DNA of 6,161 bases from a virus. The translations under genes and the position numbers were made by a program. A model generated the notes under the pieces. It was not told the origin of the DNA, made no database searches, and saw only the letters and a list, made by a program, of their open reading frames with translations. The DNA is taken from IMG/VR virus record IMGVR_UViG_3300020040_000116, positions 1 to 6,161 of that record. One strand, written 5' to 3'. Positions 1 through 4,175 of this stretch are shown piece after piece (the first letter of the stretch is position 1; every line of letters starts with the position of its first letter).

Positions 1-121
1 TAGGGGGGTCAAAATCTGGCATCTTGCGAGAGGACGCAGCGAAGCGCATCATTTGCTTTTGCTCCCACGTATACGACGCTCTAATGGATACGGAGGAATT
101 GAGATTGAACCGTTCAACACA
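1..121. repeat. Terminal direct repeat, copy 1 (identical to 6041..6161); signature of a circular genome linearised with overlap
   Basis: Base-by-base comparison: taggggggtcaaaatctggc...cgttcaacaca occurs at both window ends with no mismatch. Confidence 0.97.
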
Positions 122-1006
122 CAAAGACACAATACGCTTAACCAGAGAAGACTTGCTAAAACGTGAATAAGAATCAGCAGCGGTAATCGAGCGAACAACG
201 TCGTCTTCCGGTTTAAGATATCTAAGATAATACCGAGGAATCGAGTAGTTATAATTGATACGCTTCTCAAAATCAAAATAAGACCACGACGAAGTACGGG
301 CAGAAGGGCGAGGCATATAACCAAGAAAATCACCAACGCCAGCAGATATGAATTTTCGCGTATAACGGCGATGTTGGAGGACGATAGATAAAGGTGTAGA
401 CTTTCCATCTAAAACGATATTTTTATTGGATATTTCTGCAGGGTTAAATTGAATTTGCTTAGTAACGTATTTGACGACATATCGCGCACGCTTATGCGTG
501 CCTTTTCCAAGCCAAACAAAACCAAGGTCGCCGACAGCCGACCGAATTTCATTGTACAAACAATTGGTTCCAAAGAGAAAGCCATGAAAGTGAAGGCGAG
601 GCTCCGATCCGATTTCCGGATGGGTGCCAAACTCCTGGAAAAACGCATGCTTAAAGGAGTGGCCGAGTTTATGGCGCACTCGCTCATTCCATCGTCTAAT
701 AAACGCAGAAGGATTTCGCAGTGCTTCATCGTAATACTTAGGTGCTATGGTTATTGTGATGAAAATAGCCTGTTGATATTCAGCTTTACAGCGAGCAAGC
801 TCGCGCTCGAGACGGACGAACCAATCATTACGCTGACGACGCAAGCAGTCTTCGCACTTTCCACAAGGGACCATAAGCCACTGACGGGCGATATCCCAGG
901 GGCGGAGAGCTAGTGCGGATTTAGCAACATCAGAGCCGTTACGACAGGGGTTCTTCTTGTCGAAATAGCGACGATTGCGTATCCATATAGGCGACAAGCA
1001 AGGCAT
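1..1006 (-). CDS. VP4: Replication initiation protein (Microviridae VP4 / phiX174 gpA-like HUH rolling-circle endonuclease), first 335 codons; continues across the circular junction
   Basis: Manual translation of the - strand from ATG at 1006..1004 is open all the way to nt 1, in a frame absent from the ORF track. N-terminus is MPCLSPIWIRNRRYFDKKNPC. Cys cluster PCGKCEDC lies at 845..865. RCR motif 1 FITITI is at 746..763. The HUH motif is HFH, within PRLHFHGFLFG, at 584..592. The two-tyrosine motif YVVKYVTK is at 458..481, cf. the YxxKY active site of phiX174 gpA. Confidence 0.92.
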   Translation of the reverse strand, partial: MPCLSPIWIRNRRYFDKKNPCRNGSDVAKSALALRPWDIARQWLMVPCGKCEDCLRRQRNDWFVRLERELARCKAEYQQAIFITITIAPKYYDEALRNPSAFIRRWNERVRHKLGHSFKHAFFQEFGTHPEIGSEPRLHFHGFLFGTNCLYNEIRSAVGDLGFVWLGKGTHKRARYVVKYVTKQIQFNPAEISNKNIVLDGKSTPLSIVLQHRRYTRKFISAGVGDFLGYMPRPSARTSSWSYFDFEKRINYNYSIPRYYLRYLKPEDDVVRSITAADSYSRFSKSSLVKRIVSLCVERFNLNSSVSIRASYTWEQKQMMRFAASSRKMPDFDPP

Positions 1007-1206
1007 TACAGCAGACTTTGAAGACAGTCAAATTTAACCCGAGGATGATCACGACGACAGCGGGCAAGATAATCTTTCGCGGAGACGTGATCGGGAAACC
1101 AGGCAATGACAACACGCCTTCTACCGCGGTATGCGCCAATGGAAAAACGGAAGGACGAACTGCCAATAATAGGTGAAAACTTAGGTCTAAAATCGAAATA
1201 ATCCAT
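1006..1206 (-). CDS. Small basic Arg-rich protein (66 aa), function unknown; possible DNA-binding/packaging protein
   Basis: ATG at 1206. T-ending codons are 33/66, like the bona fide genes. By my count there are 13 K/R versus 6 D/E, including an RGRRR run. Its TAA stop overlaps the rep ATG (TAATG at 1004..1008). Confidence 0.7.
   Translation of the reverse strand: MDYFDFRPKFSPIIGSSSFRFSIGAYRGRRRVVIAWFPDHVSAKDYLARCRRDHPRVKFDCLQSLL
1029..1036 (-). promoter_or_regulatory. Bacteroides-type -7 promoter box TAnnTTTG (TAAATTTG), 22 nt upstream of the rep ATG
   Basis: Exact match to TAnnTTTG on the coding strand. It lies inside the 66-aa ORF. No convincing -33 TTTG partner. Confidence 0.25.
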
Positions 1207-1353
1207 GATTGAAAAAAAACATTAACTTATACAACACGAGCCTAAGCGGGCTGCGATGTTTCGGGCCTCGATCTCGCGTCCGCGATATCATCGGCTCCGG
1301 AAACACTTACTCGCCGCGCTCTTAACGGCTCGAAAATATATAATAACGAGAGA

Positions 1354-1381
1354 ACCTGCAGGAGAAGAGTCTCCCGCAGGT
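1354..1381 (-). other. Strand-specific stem-loop in the large intergenic region (12-bp stem, 4-nt loop)
   Basis: Viral strand reads ACCTGCGGGAGA-CTCT-TCTCCTGCAGGT: 11 Watson-Crick pairs plus one G:T(U) wobble. On the given + strand that position is an A:C mismatch, so the structure is better on the coding/viral strand. It lies 45 nt after the 107-aa ORF stop and is followed by T-rich TCTCTCGTTATTATATATTTT. Confidence 0.6.
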
Positions 1382-1426
1382 CCACTGCATCAAAGAACTC
1401 TTCCACCAAGCGGGCGGGTAACAACT

Positions 1427-1750
1427 TTAGTTCCCTTTCCCTTCTTTTTCCGTCGCGCCTTCATCGTAGTTGAGATCAAAATCAAACATGAGGACTATTG
1501 TATTATCAAAGAACTCGACGCCGAAGTCAGGATAACACCTACAAGCGGCAATAAGTTCAACTATTTTCGAATGGTAAACGTAAAGTGAATCACTGATATC
1601 CGATTTCTCAAAGAAACCCGCAATAGGAGTGTTTGCAATAACACCGAGGGGCAACGGATCAAACTGACCATCCTTGAAGCGACCTATCTGGGCGAGGTCA
1701 ACCTTGAGAGCCGGATTAATACGACGGATAACAACATGAATCTGTGTCAT
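1427..1750 (-). CDS. Hypothetical protein (107 aa), acidic C-terminal tail
   Basis: ATG at 1750, TAA at 1429..1427. T-ending codon bias. Starts 11 nt after the upstream gene. No competing ORF except antisense/+1 shadows. Confidence 0.75.
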   Translation of the reverse strand: MTQIHVVIRRINPALKVDLAQIGRFKDGQFDPLPLGVIANTPIAGFFEKSDISDSLYVYHSKIVELIAACRCYPDFGVEFFDNTIVLMFDFDLNYDEGATEKEGKGN

Positions 1751-1761
1751 AATAATGTAAT

Positions 1762-2082
1762 TTAAAGTTTTACTTGAAGTTTATCACAAAAGCGTTCCCA
1801 AGCAGCAGACTGCTTACCCCAAAATTTAATACCTTCAGGTGTATCAGAGAATAAAAACGAAGAGGTAATAAGATGGCTCGGACCAAAGCCAAAATCGTGA
1901 AGAGAGCGCCGAATCTGGGAACGCAAGCGTTCACGGAAACTCCTGTAGGGCATAAAGCTATGTTCGTAATTCGCCTTAAAAGCGGAAAATATTCCTCGAC
2001 GGACAAGCCACTCAGTGAATGCGTACTCTACAACGTCGATCATCAGCTCGTTGGTTCTAACACTTTTGCTAGACTTTTTCAT
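1762..2082 (-). CDS. Hypothetical protein (106 aa)
   Basis: ATG at 2082, TAA at 1764..1762. T-ending codon bias. Preceded by an 80-nt IGR carrying a TAnnTTTG box. C-terminal FSDTPEGIKFWGKQSAAWERF looks like a conserved Trp-containing motif, but I cannot name a family. Confidence 0.75.
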   Translation of the reverse strand: MKKSSKSVRTNELMIDVVEYAFTEWLVRRGIFSAFKANYEHSFMPYRSFRERLRSQIRRSLHDFGFGPSHLITSSFLFSDTPEGIKFWGKQSAAWERFCDKLQVKL

Positions 2083-2108
2083 GGCAGTATGGTTATTGGT
2101 TTACGATA

Positions 2109-2116
2109 CAAATATA
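2109..2116 (-). promoter_or_regulatory. Bacteroides-type -7 promoter box TAnnTTTG (TATATTTG), 26 nt upstream of the 106-aa ORF ATG
   Basis: Exact consensus match on the coding strand within the 2083..2162 intergenic region. Upstream TTTG copies exist but at non-canonical spacing. Confidence 0.35.
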
Positions 2117-2162
2117 CAGCAAAAAAGAATAAGAAGGAAGTTCAAAATCAGAACAAAACTGT

Positions 2163-3527
2163 TCAATATCGGTTACGACGAGAAGAAGCACCATGAGACT
2201 CACCGGACATCTCTTTCAATACATAGCCTCTAACGCTACCTTTACTATCATACACAGTGGTACGAGACGAAGATGAGGAGCCACCAGTAGAAGTCTGGGC
2301 GAAGCCTTTGGCAGCACGGGTCATTCCACCACGGACAATGCCAGCACCAGCGATACTACCAGCAACGCCAACAAGCGCCTTACCGATCTCAATATAAGGG
2401 TCAAGCTTAGCATTTCGAAGAGCGACACGGGCCTCTTCAGGAAGGAATTCAGAAGCATTAGCCTGGTTAATGGCAGTCTTATCGTAAAAATCCTTAAGAG
2501 ACATAGAAACTTGAAACATCTTCGGGCCAGGATTACCACGAGTGATAGGGTTGGAGCTACGAAGATTCTTTTCGTACTGAGGATTCGGAATTTCAACGTC
2601 AAAACGCTTATCCCAATTACGCGAAAGCTCGTTAGCAAGATCAAGATTGTTAATGCGCTGTCCTGCCTCATTGGCAGAAGTAAGGCCAGAGAGAGATTCG
2701 TTGAGAGCACTCTGCGTATCAAGAACAAGGATTCGAGCCTTAATCATACGCTCGAGGTACGTGCCTTGAACACGAAGCTGATTTAATTCTTCTTTGGCAG
2801 TATCAGCAAACGCCTTAGTCTCCTCAACACGAGCATCCAGTGTAAGAGAAAGCAGAGTATTGTTAAGGTCATTTAAAAGACGCTCGGACTTAAGCGCGGC
2901 AGCCGACTCGATTTCCTTTTTAGCCAACGCTTCATCAACAGCCTTGGAAGCTTCAGCACGAGCCTTATTAAACTCAGGTTCAAAGGTATTACTACGAATA
3001 TTTGCAGCCTCAGCGTCATCACGATTAGCGGCAGCCTTATTACGTTCGATAGTTGAATTGACGCCCATGGCATCAAGGGCGGCTCCAGCAGCGGCAGAAC
3101 CAACACCAGGAGGTAGAGGACTAGAGAAGTCAAAAGATCCACCAGAAGGGCCAGAAGCGCCTACAGAACTAGCAGAGCCACCAGACATGGTAGCATTGAC
3201 GCCAACGCCTGAAGAGCCAAGGACGGCTGCGGGGGTAACACCGGCCTTAAGATAACGATCAAAAACTTTCGAAGGGTCATTATAAGCATTCTCGTAATCA
3301 AACTGCTTCTGCCAGTTGGCATAGTTGATTTCACCTTGTTTTTGCATTTGCTCCAAAGCATACTGCTGTTGAAGCTTCATTTGCTTCTGCTGATATTTCC
3401 ATTGTCTCTTGAGCGAGGGTTTAAATAAGCCAGAGGCGGCCTGACCACCGGCGGAAATACCTGCAGCGCCGAGTATAGCACCTGTGGAAACAGGCTCAAC
3501 GTAGGACCTAAAATCAATAAGTCTCAT
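2163..3527 (-). CDS. VP2: DNA pilot / minor capsid protein (Microviridae VP2, phiX174 H-like), 454 aa
   Basis: ATG at 3527, TGA at 2165..2163. Gly/Ala-rich hydrophobic N-terminal segment GAILGAAGISAGGQAASG. Q-rich stretch. A microvirus VP2-like motif (recognised from memory) YNDPSKVFDRYLKAGVTPAAVLG at 3216..3284. Long Ala/Glu/Lys/Leu helical, coiled-coil-like centre. Second Gly-zipper-like segment ALVGVAGSIAGAGIVRGG at 2322..2387. Confidence 0.88.
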   Translation of the reverse strand: MRLIDFRSYVEPVSTGAILGAAGISAGGQAASGLFKPSLKRQWKYQQKQMKLQQQYALEQMQKQGEINYANWQKQFDYENAYNDPSKVFDRYLKAGVTPAAVLGSSGVGVNATMSGGSASSVGASGPSGGSFDFSSPLPPGVGSAAAGAALDAMGVNSTIERNKAAANRDDAEAANIRSNTFEPEFNKARAEASKAVDEALAKKEIESAAALKSERLLNDLNNTLLSLTLDARVEETKAFADTAKEELNQLRVQGTYLERMIKARILVLDTQSALNESLSGLTSANEAGQRINNLDLANELSRNWDKRFDVEIPNPQYEKNLRSSNPITRGNPGPKMFQVSMSLKDFYDKTAINQANASEFLPEEARVALRNAKLDPYIEIGKALVGVAGSIAGAGIVRGGMTRAAKGFAQTSTGGSSSSSRTTVYDSKGSVRGYVLKEMSGESHGASSRRNRY

Positions 3528-3528
3528 A

Positions 3529-3720
3529 TTACGGAAGCGTAAAGTTGTTCGAGCGAATAATGTAGTCTACGCGAACAGTGTCAATATGAACACCTGTCCG
3601 AGCAACCTTGGCTTGCGCAGAACACGAAGCAAGGAAAAAAGCCGAAAGAGCAGCGATTATAGACGAAACGAGCGTCCAAAAGGCCTTTGACTTATAGAAG
3701 GGTTGTTTAAAGTCTGACAT
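3529..3720 (-). CDS. Small predicted lipoprotein (63 aa; signal peptide plus lipobox LASC, Cys33)
   Basis: ATG at 3720, TAA at 3531..3529, one nt before the VP2 ATG. Basic n-region MSDFKQPFYKSK. Hydrophobic core AFWTLVSSIIAALSAFF. Lipobox L-A-S-C at 3622..3633. T-ending codons 26/63. Not overlapped by another gene. Confidence 0.75.
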   Translation of the reverse strand: MSDFKQPFYKSKAFWTLVSSIIAALSAFFLASCSAQAKVARTGVHIDTVRVDYIIRSNNFTLP

Positions 3721-3739
3721 GGTATTATAAACAGTTTAC

Positions 3740-3747
3740 CAAAATTA
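3740..3747 (-). promoter_or_regulatory. Bacteroides-type -7 promoter box TAnnTTTG (TAATTTTG), 19 nt upstream of the lipoprotein ORF ATG
   Basis: Exact consensus match on the coding strand in the 3721..3866 IGR, immediately downstream of the terminator-like structure. Confidence 0.35.
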
Positions 3748-3756
3748 AAGAACGAT

Positions 3757-3835
3757 AGAAAAATGCGCGGCCTCTCCTGCAGTCGTTACCAATAACCTCT
3801 AGAAATTCACGAACTCTTCCAAGAGGGGTCCGCGC
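3757..3835 (-). terminator. Terminator-like GC-clamped structure followed by a T-run
   Basis: Viral strand reads GCGCGG(ACC)CCTCT ...46 nt... AGAGGCCGCGC, then ATTTTTCT. This is 6+5 bp with a 3-nt bulge. The large loop is atypical for an intrinsic terminator. It lies 31 nt after the stop of the capsid plus 98-aa gene pair. Confidence 0.35.
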
Positions 3836-3866
3836 ACGTAGCATATATCGTCAAGTAAAGAAAGAA

Positions 3867-4163
3867 CTATTTTTCTTCAAGATTAGAAGGTTTCGCAGCA
3901 GCCTGCGATCTATCTATCTCTGAATCAATGAGTTCCTGGCCAACCTCGAGACCGTCGAACTTATCCATACGGGAAAAGGAATTAGGGTCGAAATCAATCT
4001 CTGGATTGAACTTTTCGCCCTTATCGAAGTCAGACGAGGACACCTCAACATCTGGGCGACCAGGGAGAACATCAACAGAGCCAGAACCGTCAAGAACAGA
4101 AAGAATACGCTGACCACGAGAAATATAGGCAGGAACGTCTTCAAGTAACCAATCAAGTGCCAT
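3867..4163 (-). CDS. Highly acidic 98-aa protein; candidate scaffolding protein (functional assignment is inference only)
   Basis: ATG at 4163, 12 nt after the VP1 stop. TAG at 3869..3867. 22 D/E versus 10 K/R by my count. Strong T-ending codon bias. Confidence 0.8.
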   Translation of the reverse strand: MALDWLLEDVPAYISRGQRILSVLDGSGSVDVLPGRPDVEVSSSDFDKGEKFNPEIDFDPNSFSRMDKFDGLEVGQELIDSEIDRSQAAAKPSNLEEK

Positions 4164-4175
4164 AAGAACGATGTA

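Noticed and set aside
49-729. Two - strand ORFs (49..408, 119 aa; 409..729, 106 aa) listed in the track, Leu/Ile-rich
   Set aside because: Both lie in the +1 frame of the continuous Rep CDS, which carries the HUH and YxxKY motifs. Their hydrophobic, stop-free character is the expected by-product of T-ending codons in the true frame.
449-913. 154-aa + strand ORF
   Set aside because: It is antisense to the Rep CDS. All credible genes are on the - strand, and microviruses express only one strand. It has no motif content.
939-1166. 75-aa - strand ORF spanning the ORF66/rep junction
   Set aside because: It is in the +1 frame of the 66-aa ORF and out of frame with rep. It is hydrophobic shadow sequence of the same compositional origin.
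1-1206. The apparent fragmentation of this region suggested a pseudogenised rep or an alternative genetic code
   Set aside because: Reading all three - frames shows one uninterrupted standard-code frame from 1006 through the circular junction. VP1 and VP2 are also intact in the standard code and use TGG for Trp.
1329-1350. CTCGAAAATATATAATAACGAG contains ATATAATAAC, reminiscent of the phiX174 origin core ATATTAATAAC
   Set aside because: The resemblance is on the given + strand, which is the complement of the viral strand. The phiX174 nick site is on the viral strand. Short AT-rich similarity is easily chance. The site is kept only as part of the IGR finding.
1356-1365. The 10-mer CTGCAGGAGA in the 1354..1381 hairpin recurs inverted at 3773..3782, in the other structured IGR
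   Set aside because: The match is exactly 10 nt with mismatches on both sides. Tens of 10-mer coincidences are expected among all position pairs in a 6-kb sequence on both strands.
1242-1424. 60-codon - strand ORF filling the large intergenic region
   Set aside because: It starts at TTG, not ATG. Only 12/60 codons end in T, versus 40-50% in the two small genes I counted. It spans the hairpin and GC-rich repeats. It is more likely non-coding.
1256-1588. 110-aa + strand ORF
   Set aside because: It is antisense, overlapping the IGR and the 107-aa gene. It has no start context or motif support.
1770-2233. ORFs 1770..2006(-), 1873..2196(+) and 2015..2233(+)
   Set aside because: The first is the +1 shadow of the 106-aa gene. 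The other two are antisense and run across gene boundaries and the IGR.
2321-2728. 135-codon hydrophobic - strand ORF inside VP2 (also 3161..3361, 66 codons)
   Set aside because: Both are in the +1 frame of VP2. The first starts at TTG. Together with 2873..3142 they show that the whole +1 frame is nearly stop-free, which is a compositional effect rather than evidence of genes.
2511-3255. Antisense ORFs 2511..2786(+) and 2794..3255(+), the latter 153 aa and Ala/Ser/Pro-rich
   Set aside because: They are the reverse complement of the Ala/Glu/Ser-rich VP2 helical region. Long antisense ORFs are typical there. They are on the wrong strand for a microvirus.
3727-3732. Perfect sigma70-type TATAAT on the coding strand just upstream of the lipoprotein ATG
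   Set aside because: It ends only 3 nt before the ATG, and the hexamer at the -35 position (TTCTTT) is poor. It cannot serve this gene in the usual geometry.
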